The notes beneath the pieces were generated by a model, which had not been told where the DNA came from, did no database searches, and saw nothing but the letters and a program-made list of their open reading frames with translations. 64,000 nucleotides of DNA from Eledone cirrhosa (lineage: Eukaryota). The stretch is from positions 48,112,001 to 48,176,000 of the forward strand of contig OZ024750.1 of NCBI GenBank assembly GCA_964016885.1. Reading direction: 5' to 3'. Shown piece by piece: positions 15,362-32,139 of this stretch (position 1 is its first letter; the number at the start of each line of letters is the position of its first letter). A program made the position numbers and the translations under genes.

Positions 15362-16177
15362 ATGAAAACAATATATGATCCGTGCCTGATAGACCATCTA
15401 AAATTTCGACAACGACTGTTCCAGTTGCCAGTGTTTCTGCCTTATTTAACCTCATCTTACATCTCATGGAGTATCACGGTGATACTGGCGGCCAAAGCTG
15501 GTGATTTAATTAAATACAAAATATAGATTTTCAATTGAATGGACTGGAAGAAGAGACAATACATGTTTTTTCCCAGAAACCCAACACGCCTTCGTGAATC
15601 CAACACATACTTTTACGATCGGGAGCCGAATACGCTAACCACTAGTCAGTGTATCTTCACTACAATAGAATATAAGGGAAAGAAATACCGAATATCGTTA
15701 CTAAGATAAATGTAAAAGGTTGAGATGAAGATTTAATATGATGACAAGAGAAAATAAAGTATAAACTTCTAAAAAACAATAGGTTAAAGGTGGAGAAGCT
15801 GGAAATATAAGCAACATATTGAAAGAAATGATGCTGGAAAAGATAAGAGGCTTTGAGAAACGTGAGAGATCCTTGAAAAAAAATATCACAACCTGTGGAA
15901 GTTGAAAAGATTGTATCTGTTAATATAATCTAGTTGTCTGTATGTATTCTACTTCTCAGTCCATGAAACTTGGGAGACTCAAACTATTTTTCTCTGAATG
16001 ATATGGTGATTATATATGCATTTATATGTATGAGTGTGTTACGTACGTAAAGAATATTGGCTGTTATGTTGAGCGTGAAACTAATATATATTTTCATTGG
16101 ACCTCATCACCTGTTTTTTTTATCTCTATACTTTGAACACACAAACATACAGACATATAGATACATACACACATACA

Positions 16178-16260
<83 letters not shown>

Positions 16261-16305
16261 GTGTATAAATATATATATATACATATATATATCTATATAT
16301 GTGTG

Positions 16306-16367
<62 letters not shown>

Positions 16368-16375
16368 ATAAAATA

Positions 16376-16410
<35 letters not shown>

Positions 16411-16417
16411 GTGTGTG

Positions 16418-16469
<52 letters not shown>

Positions 16470-16502
16470 ATAAAATATATATATATATATATATATACAT
16501 AT

Positions 16503-16716
16503 ATAAAATATTAAACAAATAATGAATAAAACAAAGAAACAGTTCCTTATATTAAACAAAAAAAGTTCATTATTTAACGATCGTTTCTAGGACATATATG
16601 TGTTAGAATTGGCATGCATATTTTTGAATGCATCTCTTCTTTCCATGATATCCGGATTACATTGAGTTCTTCATACGGATTGGATACTACTGTAAACTAT
16701 TGGTAGATTTATCTAC
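16503..16716. mobile_element. PLE terminal fragment, family A (inverted junction at about 16620)
   Basis: 16503-16620 matches 478-595; 16621-16716 is the reverse complement of 342-435. Confidence 0.7.
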
Positions 16717-16741
16717 ATATATACATATATATATATGTGTG

Positions 16742-16856
<115 letters not shown>

Positions 16857-16860
16857 TATA

Positions 16861-16938
<78 letters not shown>

Positions 16939-17073
16939 AATATATATATATATTGGTAAACGGAATAGAAAATGCTGACAAATTGTTCACAGTTGAAAAA
17001 TGGTCTAATTAGGAATAAAAGAGTATTAGAGATTGTATGGGTTAGTATTCAGTTGTGGTTTTAAGTTTTTAAG

Positions 17074-17111
17074 TTTTTACCGGTTGCGCATTTCTAAATG
17101 CTTTTCAAAAG
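17074..17111 (-). ncRNA. HHR-like motif, family D (U3:A8, GCAA core)
   Basis: tt-TTGAAAA-gcat-ttagaa-atgc-GCAAC-cg-GTA-aa. Confidence 0.55.
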
Positions 17112-17148
17112 TAATTTTGAGATAGAGTGTCCGTGCTGTTTGCTCTGA

Positions 17149-17192
<44 letters not shown>

Positions 17193-17231
17193 ATATTATC
17201 AAATGGAAACTATATTTATAAAACATATTTA

Positions 17232-17286
17232 TTTCATTATACATATTTCACCAAAGCAAAATATGGTGCGCTTTCATCAGATAAAA
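17232..17286 (-). ncRNA. Type I hammerhead ribozyme in pLTR fragment 17188-17635
   Basis: ttttat-CTGATGA-...-GAAA-tatgt-ATA-atgaaa; relative at 60443-60504. Confidence 0.65.
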
Positions 17287-17647
17287 TATAATATAGGTCA
17301 GTTTATAAACAAATATTGACATACCCTTAAAGAATGCGACCATGTCGGTTGGAAGCTACCGGATAGTGGGGTTACTAATTTTATTATTGGTCTATTATGC
17401 AAATTAGTGTCGGAGAGGTTTATATCCCAGTACATTTAAATTAAGCCGTTGGAATAGGGAAAAAAGAAAAAAAAAAAAAGAAAAAGAATAGCAAACCCAA
17501 AGAATGAAAACAAAAGAAAGAGAAAGAGAGAAAAGTGTAAGCGAGAGAGTGTTGCATTAACGTAATTTATGAGATGATGAAGCGAAAAAATATTTGCTTG
17601 TTGTATCCCAACAAATTAAATATAACTCTTACATATATATATACATG

Positions 17648-17829
<182 letters not shown>

Positions 17830-17873
17830 TGAAAAAGAACAAAGGAACTATTATGACATTATAACGAGTTTAT

Positions 17874-17920
17874 TGCCGACAGCCGTTTCGTCCGACCATA
17901 TGGAGGGGCTTTTCAAGGCA
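17874..17920 (-). ncRNA. Type I hammerhead ribozyme, U3:A8 variant
   Basis: tgcc-TTGAAAA-gcccctccatatggtcggac-GAAAC-ggct-GTC-ggca, followed by AATAAA. Confidence 0.65.
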
Positions 17921-18211
17921 TATAACATGTGATTGTAGGATCATTATTTACATCAACGTATCACTGAAGGCTAGCAGTTTGAAATTGTGGTATACATCAG
18001 CAGCTCCGCTTGTATAGTTGGGGGTCTATATTCGAAGGGGGCTCTTTTATATTAGTTGTCGGGGTCTGGGATTGAAGGTTAAAAATTAGATAATATATAA
18101 TTTAGATAATATATAATTTACGCATTAACAGTAAACTAAAAGACTTGGGATCCCGTAGAAGCACCTTAAAAAATCCCTCAATAAGTGCATAAAGCCACCA
18201 TACATCTTGCT

Positions 18212-20810
<2,599 letters not shown>

Positions 20811-22254
20811 TGTGCTTTGAGAATTTTAACTCTGGCGGACCCCATCACTCTGTGTCGTAAGACGGCCAATAAATTCGAAAGAAAAATATGGGACAGGGAG
20901 ACAGTGATAATAGACATGGACTTTATTTCTTAATGGAAAGATAAAAGGCAACGTTAGCCTCGGCAGGTATTGAACCCAGAGTAACATTGAGTCATAACTG
21001 TTACTGTGGCAATTATTATCAACGCGCCAACCACCCTGCCAGTGCATCGTGACTTTATATCACTCTAATGATGTACCACAAAACTTGGCGGACAACACAT
21101 ACGTTGATTTCATCAATGGTTCCTTTATGAAGTATTGAGGACATTTGGAGAGCCGCCACAATGACAGTAAAAGAAATAAACAGAAATACTTGCAAGAATT
21201 GACCCACCCATCTTTTGTCATCGCACTCATAAAATATGACTCAGCTTCACAAATTTTCTTCTTGGGGCTAGATCATTTTCGTTTTAGACAGAAGTATGGT
21301 TGGATTTTCTTAAGCAATGGAGGTGATACGTTGCTGTCGCCATACTTATTTTATGTGAAGTATTCAACATTAGAAAATCAAATGTATTAACTGAATATTT
21401 GTAGGTATTCACAATGTTCTCTGTCACTAAAGATTTACGGAGATATTAATCTCTACAAATAGAATAATCAACGTGTAATTTAACAAAGAGGAAAGTTATA
21501 TGAATATCCAAAGTAAAAGCTACAAGTATTTCAAAACTAATTGCTTATCTAGACGCATTACATAAATAACCGATGTTTATATTCAATTGACTGGCTGTTA
21601 TCAGGTAACTATCATCTAATCGAAGTGAAGTAGATAGTTAGCAAAAAGGAAACACACTATTCCAAATAACAACCGATCAATATGGGAAGAATAAAAACAC
21701 CAAATTGTTTCGGAGTGGAACAAAAGCTGTGCCGCCCGTGACAAAGAGGAGCGGAAGACATCCCCAAACCGGAACTTGACTGACCGTTTCACGTGCTGTC
21801 TGGCCGCTCTCGATATATGTTGGTCTTAGTCACTGCATTGCTGATTTTCTTCGGAAAAATCGGGAGGCATGCTTTACACCCGAAGACAAAGATCCGTTTT
21901 TAGATGGATGCGGCAACAGGTGTCCATATTTCATCTGTGCAGAATGATTTCTGCAGAGAACAAATATGGACACATATGTTCGCCATATTGTCCGCGTTAC
22001 GAATCTAAGATACACCGCCTAAACCAGAGTGTAGCGTTTGTCATCTCCCTTTCCATCTTTTGTAGGCTTTTAATCACACCGTTTTCTTTTTTCTCGCTCT
22101 ATCATGGCTATATGGATGACGTCAACCATATATTCAGAAGACATGCAATAGCAGAAACATTTAGTAACTACATCATTTAGTTGTGAGAACGATGTTAAAA
22201 TATATATCTAGATATTCGAAGTATAGTGGATTCATCAATGTTACAAGGTATATT

Positions 22255-22436
22255 AATTGTTTCTACTTTTGGCACAACGTCACAATTAACCAGTACAGTA
22301 CTAGTACTTTATTTTATCGACGCCGTAAGGGTAAAAGGAAAAGTTAACCTCGGCGGGATTTGAATTCAGACCGTAAAGTGACGTAACTATGCTGGAAAGC
22401 ATGGCGTCCGACTCTCTACCGATACTGCCAATCCAC
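22255..22436 (-). mobile_element. tRNA-derived SINE
   Basis: Family match (an older copy also at about 20915-21045). Confidence 0.85.
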
Positions 22437-23455
22437 AAGGTATATTAAAGCATTCAAATTAGTCGTTTCAAACATAAGCACTCTCATATGAGATTTTAGG
22501 AATAGATAATCTTGTTAAACTTATAATCCAGTATATGGATGAGGAAATTAGAAAATTGGGAGTCTCAGACATATTTTTAAAAATACACGGAGAGTATATG
22601 AATCATACGGTTATAGTTATACATATACGAGACATGATGATTGTCATAATAACTAGGAAGTGAAATGGCTGGAAGATCTTAGGATATTCAGCAAGCTACT
22701 CGCTGTATACAAATCCGCAAGCGGAAAGCCGATATATTTAATATAAGGTCTAACACACTCACAGAGAGGAAGGAGCTTAACAAGATATCGATATGTAATC
22801 TAGTAAAAAGTGGATCTAGAAAAATAACTAGAAGCAAGCAAAGGTACACTGATTAATATAATAATGCAAATAAACAAACTAATACCAATAAATACTATGT
22901 AAAGTACAAACTAAAAACAAAATATATCGATAAAAAAATTTGAGATAAGGAATCAAAAAGAGAACAATAGTTGACAAAAATGATAAAAAATCAAAAGTTA
23001 TCACTAAAATAAACGAAACGAAAACAAATTGAGAAAATATCTCTATGATCAGTATTCTGCAAGGCTGGAGGGTGACGGAGTAAAAAAATAATATGAAAGG
23101 CAACGATTGCTAAAATTCTTTGAAATAAAGGCAATTACAGAAGCTCTGATTGTAGCACACAACTAATTGTTTCCGATAGTTAGAAAGAGCGGAGATTAGG
23201 GTTACAGACATTTGTGAGATGAAGATTCAATTAACGAATATGTGTATATATATATATACTGACATATTAACGATATATAGAAGCAAGTATGGGATAGTGA
23301 TGAAGGAGTTCGCTTCGCAATCACGCGACTTCAGGTTTGATCACAATGAGTAGAATATTGGCAAAGCGGGCCAAGCATAGTGAATGACATTTGGTCGATG
23401 GAACTTGTTAGGAAACACAAAACAGCGTCTCACTTTGAATACCATTATTATACGT

Positions 23456-23645
23456 TGGGTGGGTTGGCTGTATCGGTAGAGAATCGGACGCTATGTTTTC
23501 AAGCATAGTTACGTCCCTTTACGGTGTGAGTTCAAATCCCGCCGAGGTTTACTTTGCCTTTCATCCTTACGGGGTCGATAACATATGGTACCAGTAATGC
23601 ACTTGGTAATTGCTGGCCGTGTGCCTAAATTAGGAACAATTATTG
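23456..23645 (+). mobile_element. tRNA-derived SINE
   Basis: A/B boxes and family body. Confidence 0.88.
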
Positions 23646-24162
23646 TACGTTTGCCGGTATTAAGTTACAATCCACACATCAGGTGTTCAGATACATGAAC
23701 TACTGTATGATATGCGTCGAAGCTGACCGAGGAACAATAATTTATACTATGTCTGATCGGTCAAACAAGTTTGCTTTGTAATTTATTATTAGCTATAGTT
23801 TATAGTATATTACAGTGCATATTATTGTATCGGGTTTAATGGAGATACATAACATATTTATACGCGTTCTGTAACAAACGATACACAACTCACATATCAA
23901 AGTTACATCTACAAGTAAATTAAACCAAACATACCAGCATGATAACTGCTGAAAGAGTTATTTCAGTCGGGTAATAAAACCAACCATTGACGTGGATCAA
24001 ACGAATTTATGACACAAAACAGAACATCTCATAATAAATACTAAGAAAATTATTAGATATAAGCACAGTCTTTTGAGTGAATAATATGTCAGACGGCACA
24101 GGCGTATACACACACACACACATACACACATACACACACATACACACACACACGGACAAACA

Positions 24163-24196
<34 letters not shown>

Positions 24197-24199
24197 TAT

Positions 24200-27100
24200 A
24201 TAATTATATATATATATGGGTAAATATATTTAAGTCGTATGGAAGCCTCGACAATGCAAGTGGGTAAATCTCCGGGTAACAAGATCCGGTGGTGGAGAGA
24301 GAGATGTAAATGGGTGTACGTTGAGATGCGTGGTGTGTATAAGACGTGTAGAGGAATGAAGGAAAGAGTATGAAGGATAAAATAAAAATAACAACACGAG
24401 AGAGAGTTACCTTGGGAGAGATTTAATTGTCTCTATATATTTCGGATTCACATCCATCAACTGGGGTTTTTTCCGGGGTGGGGGAATGGTTGTCTGTCGG
24501 AAAGGTGCGAAACGCGTCCTCCGCTGTGTGTTGTTTTGAATATCTGAGGAATCCAGCGGAGCGCGCGTGCGCGTGAAATGGTGTCGGTCGGGCAGAGGTC
24601 AGCGGCGGAATGTGGGAGTGGGGTGGCGCTAGCTGTCAGTCCATTCTCTGTCTGTTTGTTAAATGTTACTGTGTGTGTGTGTGCGTGTGTTGTTGTCTCG
24701 CTTGAGTGTGTGTGTGTGCGTGTGTTGTTGCCTTGTTACTCTGTATTGGCAGTGTAGTATGTTCGTATGTTGGAATGCTACTGTGTGTGTGTGCGTGTGT
24801 AGTTGTCTCGTTTGTGTGTGTGTGTGCGTGTGTTGCTGCATCGTTTGTTAACTTAAACCAGCCACCTCATTTCGCTTCTCTCGGATCGATTGTTTATTTG
24901 CGGTGCCAGACGTTTGATAAAAAGCGCTTCCTTGATACGTAACGTGCCGCCGTTTCTTTCAGTCGCTAGAATCGTGACAATGGGCCTTCCGTCTTTGTTT
25001 CCGCATTTGTCTATGTGTCTCCGGAAACCGAGGCCCTAGTTTTTGTGTGTTCCTTGATCCGGATGTTCAAAAGTCGGATTGTGCTACCTATATAGTATTG
25101 GTTGCACCTGTCACATTCTATATTATACACGACGTATGTGCGTAGGCAACAGTTCTCATGGCGTATCGGGCAGTCTCTGAGGGAGCACGCCTCAGTAGAT
25201 TTCCCTGGTTTCCTGGAGAGGCATCTTCGCAGGGAGGGGCCCGAGTGGGCCAGGTGGATGTCGAGGCCCTCCCTCCGTATAGCCTTGCGGATAGCGTTGG
25301 TCGTATTCTGTGGCATTTTAAGGAAGCACTTGCTTTGAGTGCCTCTCTGTCTCTTGTGTCTGGCGTCTCCCACTTTGTCTGTGAGCGAGGTACGGTACCC
25401 GTTCGTCTCCAGCACCTCGAGGAATCGCTTGGTATGAGTGACACCACTCGCAGGATCACTGCATCTGTTTTTGATTCGCGCGATCTCGTTCGTGATGTAT
25501 CCTCTTTTGGCAATGTTAGGGACGGCGGAATTGTAGTGAACGAATAGGTCCCTGCAGGCTGCCTTTCGGTAGAAGTTGCAGTGGATCCTTCCCTGTTCCG
25601 TGATGTTGATTCGGGAGCCGAGGAGGGCAAGTGACCCGTCTTCGTTGGGGTGTTCAACACTGAAGTCAATGTTCTCGTCCGTGTTGTTGAACGTCTCATA
25701 GATTATGTTCGCCGTGTCATGGAAGGATGTGAGGATGAGGATATCGTCCACGTACCTTGAGAAAAAGGCGACGGCGTTGGGGTGGCAGGCGTTGAGTGCC
25801 TTGCGCTCGAGGTTGTCCATGTAAGAAATCGCTAGCATACCCGACAGGCTTGATCCCATGGGCAATCCCGAGGTTTGTTGGTATGTTTGGTCAAGGAATC
25901 CGAAGTAGGTGTTGTCGACGACGATGGATAGGAGTTGGTGGATGTCAGTGGTGGTGAGCCCGAAGCAGTGTAGGTCCGTGGATTGGACGCGTTCCATCAG
26001 TATATTGACGGCCGGGAGTGCCGGAACCGAGGTGTAGAGAGCGACTACATCAAGGCTGAAGGCATATATGTTATTCCTTCTGGTGTTGGGATCCATTTGA
26101 TGCAGGCGCTTCAACACCTCCTCGGAGCTGTTAACGTGTCCCGGCAAGGTGTCTAAGATGGGTTTGAGTATTCTGGCTAGGAGCCATGAAATTTTGTAGA
26201 GTGGTCCCTCCACACTGGATACAATGGGCCTGATCTTCAGGTCGGGTCCCTGTTTGTGTGTTTTCACAAGGTGGTAGAAGGCGGGTAGTCTGCTGTTCAT
26301 CGTGAGGAGGTTAGTATCTCAGCTTTTTTGCGAGCTCCCGCCGGTCGCAGATGTTGGTCCAGGCGGCATCGATGTGCTCTTCTATCTGCGCGGGAGTGAT
26401 TCCCGTGACTTTGGAGTAGAGCTTGTCATCGTCAAGGTGTCGGAGGGCCAGGGTGTTGTAGGCCTCTCTGCTGATGACGCAGAATTATTTTCCCTTGTCG
26501 GAGGGGAAATAGATGAGGTTCTTCGATTTTAGGTTGGAGAGAGTGGTGAGTTGAGATTTGGTGAGGTTATGTGTTGTGCGTGTGTGTGTGTGTTTGTGAA
26601 GTATATCCGAGATGGAGTGTTTTAACCTGATGAGTTTAGCGTCGAGTTCGTGGTTGGTGGGTGGGGGGTGGAGTGGGTTGTCGGGGTGGTAAGTGGGGAA
26701 CTTGGGGTGGGTTGCGTGGGCGCTGTTATTTTCTGTGGCGCTGTTGATGGTGGTCACCCATTTAAGTTGGTAAGCGGCTCGACAAAAGTTGGCCTCGATG
26801 TTGAGTTTGAGTCTGTCGTCGAAACGTTGTGTGACGATGAACTTAGGTCCGAGGTGTAGGAGTTTCAGCTCGTCGCTCGTGAGAGTGCCGGTTAGGTCGG
26901 TGACCAGGTGCGTCGCATCGTTGAGGTGTGGCTCGGTGTTGGTGGATGCGGCGGTGGCGGTTGTTAAGTTGTTGTTTTCCACGTGGTTCTGGTCCGTCTG
27001 TTCGTTAGTGTCTATGTTCTCGTTGTGGCGTTTCGACAAGATCCACTCATATTTTCGCTTGAGCCGTTTTTTCTCGTATTGGACTCTGGAGTGGTAGCAC

Positions 27101-27383
27101 TGGTCGATTGCTTTAGTGATTTTCAGGAGCAAGTCCCCGAGTACTATTGACAGTCGATGTGTCCGCTCTGAGAGTGTCCGCTTATGGACGTGTAATTGGC
27201 GGTTGAGATGTCTCAGGATCTGTTTAATACACGTGCGATGTATGCGGTTAGTGGTGTTTTGGAAAGCTGGTTCCGTAGGCTTACTGGTAAGCGGATGTTC
27301 CTGATGGTGTTGGGGAGGACATCGTTTTTTAGGCAGCGTTTCAGGAAAATAATTTGACAGCAGCATTGGCCCATTTCTCCGAC
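24200..27383 (-). mobile_element. Penelope-like retroelement (Penelope/Poseidon-type architecture, C-terminal GIY-YIG), 5'-truncated
   Basis: RT and endonuclease ORF pieces, 3' pLTR with partial HHR (about 24430-24460), TA-rich flanks. Confidence 0.88.
24855..27366 (-). pseudogene. PLE RT + GIY-YIG polyprotein, frameshifted (ORFs 26485-27366, 25011-26300, C-terminus 24855-24945)
   Basis: LGPKF, PSDKG, IRPIVS, SLDVVALYTSVP, GLPMGSSLS, RYVDDIL, VVYNIECDRCNQYYIGST..RIKEH, LRIKEALFI..P.IN. Confidence 0.9.
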
Positions 27384-27724
27384 ATATATATATATATAAC
27401 TCTGTCTCTGTGTCTCACCCCCACGTGAGGGTAATCGTGTTATATTTAAATGTATAATAGACGTACATCAAATTACAATATGTGACCCTTGGGAAGTCGG
27501 ACAGTGGTTTCAAAGTATTTTTCATTTATCGTAGGAGTCCTGGAAACCCTTTTCTGTGAGTGTTCATCGGACATCAGTTACAATTCCTGTTTGTATGTTT
27601 TCCACAGTACCAAAATGATGACCCTTCAACCTCGATTTCAAATTAGGAAATAGCTAGAAATGATACGTGGCTAGATATGGATGGTTGATAAAGGAAATTA
27701 TTGTCCCCGCTAAAGATTCTCCAA

Positions 27725-27985
27725 TTGAAAGTGTTGTGTGAGCAGGCGCGTTATCGAAGTACGAGATCCAATCTCGTGCAATGCCCTTTCGAATCGAAAC
27801 GACTGGACCCGATTTCGAAGTCGTTCCAAAATATCTGGGAGGTGCAATTAACTGTCTGTCATGGAGTTAAACATTATCTGTGTACAATACCACAGCTGGC
27901 GAGATAAAAATGGTAATCATAGCTTTTACCATGGACCTGATTATGAGTTCTTTCTTCGGACGAGGAGAATTTAGCGTTCGTGTTC
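27725..27985 (-). pseudogene. mariner transposase remnant
   Basis: Minus-strand translation across frameshifts: SPRPKK..KAMI..GIVH..QTVN..LERLRNRV..DNAPAHT. Confidence 0.7.
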
Positions 27986-28165
27986 GTAATTAATTAAGTT
28001 GCATAATAAGAAGTCCAGTTCCAATTGCACACTCTTTATTCAGCGTTTATCAAACATTTAGGGTGCTAGGGCACTTATTACTCTATATCGTAATTTATTC
28101 CCAGTCTGAGTGCTAATTATATGCAAAAGTGTATGTCAATTTCAGTATAAAACTAAGAGCAAACG

Positions 28166-28210
<45 letters not shown>

Positions 28211-28517
28211 CTCAAATGCATATTTCCTTGTGATTGATTGGATGATATACACTTCTTCTGATGAGAGTCCAAGAAGATATGAAAATTGATGAAAAATGTT
28301 TAACATTTTGCCGAATTTACACTGATATTTACCGTAGGTTAACATGCCTACGTATTATATATGTGTATATATTTATAAACGATGGTTCAATCTTGGTTAC
28401 TCCCTCTGTCTTTATACATATATCACTTATGCTACTAGCGCAGTTCCTACTATGTACATATGTATACACATTCATTTTCCTCCATTATTTGTTGTTTTAA
28501 TGTATTGAAATAATTAA

Positions 28518-28920
28518 TAATTGTTTCTACCTTTGACACAAGTCCAGCAATTACCCAGTGTATTAGTGGTACTTTACTGTATCGACCCCGTAAGGATGAA
28601 AGGCAAAGTTAACCTCGGCGAGATTTAAACTCAGAATGGGAAGGGCCTTAACTCTTTGCGTCAAAGCATGGCGTCCGACCATCAGGTGATACTGCAAATC
28701 CATCGCCATAATAATAATTAATTAAAATAATTAATAAGTGTATCTACATGTGGCACAAGGCCAGCAATTTCCAAGTACATTACTGATACTTTATTTTATC
28801 GACCCCGTAAGGATGAAAGGCAAAGTTAACCTCGACTGGATTTGAGCTGAAACAGTAAAGGGACGTAACTATGATAGAAAGCATGGCGTCCAACCCTCTA
28901 CCGATACTGCCAATTCACCA
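28518..28920 (-). mobile_element. Two tandem tRNA-derived SINEs
   Basis: Family match. Confidence 0.88.
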
Positions 28921-28957
28921 CAGAAAGCATAGTCGGGTATAATATTTAAATAACAGC

Positions 28958-29854
28958 CGTTTGTATGGGATTACAAAATTCAGCTCACCTTGGGGAGCAG
29001 TGATAAATAGCTTAGAGTTTAGACTCAGAGAGGTCATTTACAATCATTTCAGCTCGCGAAAACATGTTTGAAGTTTGAAGTTCTGACCGATCTGCGGAAA
29101 AAGTTTGTATGTTGAATTTTAAACGTGTCTAGGTACCAAGGCTTTTTGCCCATATGAGTCTGTGAGTATTGATTTGTTATTTTCTAGATCGTACAGGCAG
29201 ACCTTATGTTGTTGAATTAAGATTTTTCACTCTAGCGATCTTATTAGTCAATTGCAACTATAACATGTAAATGTTCATCAAATATTAATTTATACTGCTC
29301 AGAAGCGATTCCTCGAGCTGAAATGATTGTAAATGACCTCTCTGAGTCTAAACTATAAGCTATTTATCACTGCTCCGCAAGGTGAGCTGAATTTTGTAAT
29401 CCCATACAAACTACTTTTATTTCTAGCACTATGTGTGGGACCTTAGAGGACTGGAATAAGCCGTGTGCAAAACCTCGTGTATTTTCGCTACGCTAACCAG
29501 ACCTTAGATATTTTTCTGAGGTTGAGTTATTTTATTTTTATCTGGGTACCTATTGATAAACACAGAAAAAGTTGATTAACTCACTGCTAATTAGTTAATT
29601 ATTTTACTATTATACCATCCTTTGTGAAACATGTTTGAAGTTTGAAGTTCTGACCGATCTGCGGAAAAAGTTTGTATTTTGAATTTTAAACGTGTCTAGG
29701 TACCAAGGCTTTTTGCCCATATGAGTCTGTGAGTATTGATTTATTATTTTCTAGATCGTACAGGCAGACCTTATGTTGTTGAATTAAGATTTTTCACTCT
29801 AGCGATCTTATTAGTCAATTGCAACTATAACATGTAAATGTTCATCAAATATTA

Positions 29855-29860
<6 letters not shown>
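28958..29860. repeat. Composite repeat: IR (28958-29057 / 29312-29411) and direct repeat (29059-29292 / 29626-29860), pLTR-like
   Basis: Near-identical direct and inverted segments seen directly. Confidence 0.8.
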
Positions 29861-29929
<69 letters not shown>

Positions 29930-29936
<7 letters not shown>

Positions 29937-31275
29937 ATGAAATGACAGGAGGCTGGATTTGTGTAAATCCTTGAAAGGTTTATTATACTATGATCATTTC
30001 AATGACCGGGTTCCGTATGAATCCGGTGATATCATCAGGTATTCGAAATATAATAAGTGAATGTAATAGATAAAATCCATCGGTTTTTTAATATTCAAAG
30101 ACCCGAGGGCGACCGCCATCCAGCACCCTCTACCTTTGCCGGTCGCCCTCGAGTAACGTGGCTAAACCTTACAGTGTACTACTACCGGTCAAATAAAGGA
30201 AAACAGAAAGGGATAGTAACATAAGTTAGCGTTAATATCATGCCACAAGAAAAAAGAAATAAAGAAAGAAAGAAAGAAGAGAGAAGAAGAGGGAAAGAAG
30301 AAGAAAAGAAAGCCAGGCTTAATGTCAGCTATATGAAGAAAGAGGAGGAACGGTCGGTATTACAGTCAGGCCAGGATTGTCGCGAAAAATGTTTTTTTAT
30401 TCTAAGGGAACCGTATCTTAACAACTACTACCGGTCAAATATAGGCAAACAGAAAGGGGAAGGAAGATAAGTCAGCGGGAGGAAGACAGAAAGAAGGGAG
30501 AAGAGAAGGAAGAAAAGGAAGAAGTAGAAAAGTCAGGGTTGATGGCTACAAGAAGAAAGATAGAAAGAAAGAGGAAGAAAGGTCGATATTAATGCCAGAC
30601 TACAGTCAGGCCAGGAATGGCGCGAACAAATTTTCACAGGTACCCGTATCTTAGCAGAGGTGAATATAGTGTGGTCAGTGTGTTATACTGTGTGAGCAGA
30701 AGATTGGAACGTTACATTTTTGTTTAGACTTATAGGATGAAGTTAAACAATTAATATTTAATATTAAAGAAATTAGAAAATTTAACATTTTTAAGGTTGC
30801 GAGGTTTAAGCAAAGAAAGAGACTTTTATGAAGACACTTAAATGTTATTATACAGTAAAGAGTATGTCTTTGTTTAGCCGTCAAACAGCATGCGGCGACT
30901 ACAAGCTAGGGCAGCCCATCACTGCGAGTGATATCGCCTAGCGAAAGATATGGAAATCGATTTTTCCGAGCACTCTAGGAATGTATAACAGGCATCAGTT
31001 GCCCCAGCATGAAGTCATCCCGCATCGTTAGGCCATTCTTGTGCAAAACCAGTATTATTCCTTTACCCAGTACTATTCCTTTACCTTTCAAGGTTTTACA
31101 TAAATCCAGCCTCCTGTCATTTCATTATAATATTTAACTCCGTAATAGCACCACCAAATACAAAGACAAAGACGGTTGAACTGCTTTACGTTGAGTACTC
31201 TCTATATTATTACATTGCGATTGACTACACGGAATTGACCAGCTCTATCCAGTGGTGAACCTCAAACCTGAATAA
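29930..31275 (-). mobile_element. PLE 3' remnant with HHR, GA-rich pLTR and inverted terminal copy (31082-31133) plus tail
   Basis: IR 29930-29980 / 31082-31133, HHR, probable decayed endonuclease C-terminus at about 30680-30870. Confidence 0.65.
29985..30042 (-). ncRNA. Type I hammerhead ribozyme
   Basis: atac-CTGATGA-tatc-accggattcatacggaacccggt-catt-GAAA-tgatc-ATA-gtat-AATAAA. Confidence 0.75.
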
Positions 31276-32139
31276 ATATATATATATATATATAAATAAT
31301 GAATAATAACAGGTAGACATCATAAAAAAGATAATTTATTCCGAGTGCTTACAATTGTTTCTACAGTAGTTATACAGCCTAGACATGCTATGTGCAAATT
31401 GATAATTATTTGTAATTATTTGCAGAAACTCAATTCTCAAATGCTGCTTCTACCGTTTCCTCAGAGCATAATAGTTAAAACGTAAATATTCTTGTATTTC
31501 TTAAAGGAAGTTATTGGGGAAGATAGAGTAGAAAAGGAAGGGAGAAAGAAGGGGAGAGGGGGGGGGGAGAGAGAGACAGAGATAGAGAGAGAGAGAGATG
31601 TAGGGGTTAGAGAAATGGGAGATAGTGGTTTGAAGAATACAGATAGCTTAATCAAAACGTTGTGGTAGGGGTTTTATTATATTGTTTATTCTGAAGGTGA
31701 CAACATTAGGCTTTGTGTTGATATAGTCAAGTTTGGAATTGAGCAGGTTCATATATGTGGAGAGGGAGGGAGGTAGACCGAGGGCGGGAGTGAGAGTGAG
31801 AGAGAGAGAGGAAAGGAGAGAGAAAAAGAGAGATAGAGAGGAGGCTGACGGAAGCTACGAGATGGGGGTACATCAATTTCATAGTTGTAGTCTACAAATC
31901 GCATTCAAATATCCATTTATAATGATAAGCAGGGTAGTGTCTAGTAGTGTGGGGATAGGGGATATAGTTAGGAAGTAGTAATTAGTTAACGAGAAAGCGA
32001 TGTCGCAGTCTCGGGTTCGAATGTTAAGTTATTTTATAGTGAGTGAACTTAGCCTTCAGTTTGTGGCTGCAGTATAACAATCGTTCGATTCTGTCATATA
32101 GTAATTTGGTTTTGGATTTAAATATATATATCAGACATA

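Noticed and set aside
25102-27304. Plus-strand ORFs overlapping the PLE
   Set aside because: Antisense shadows of the minus-strand RT ORF.
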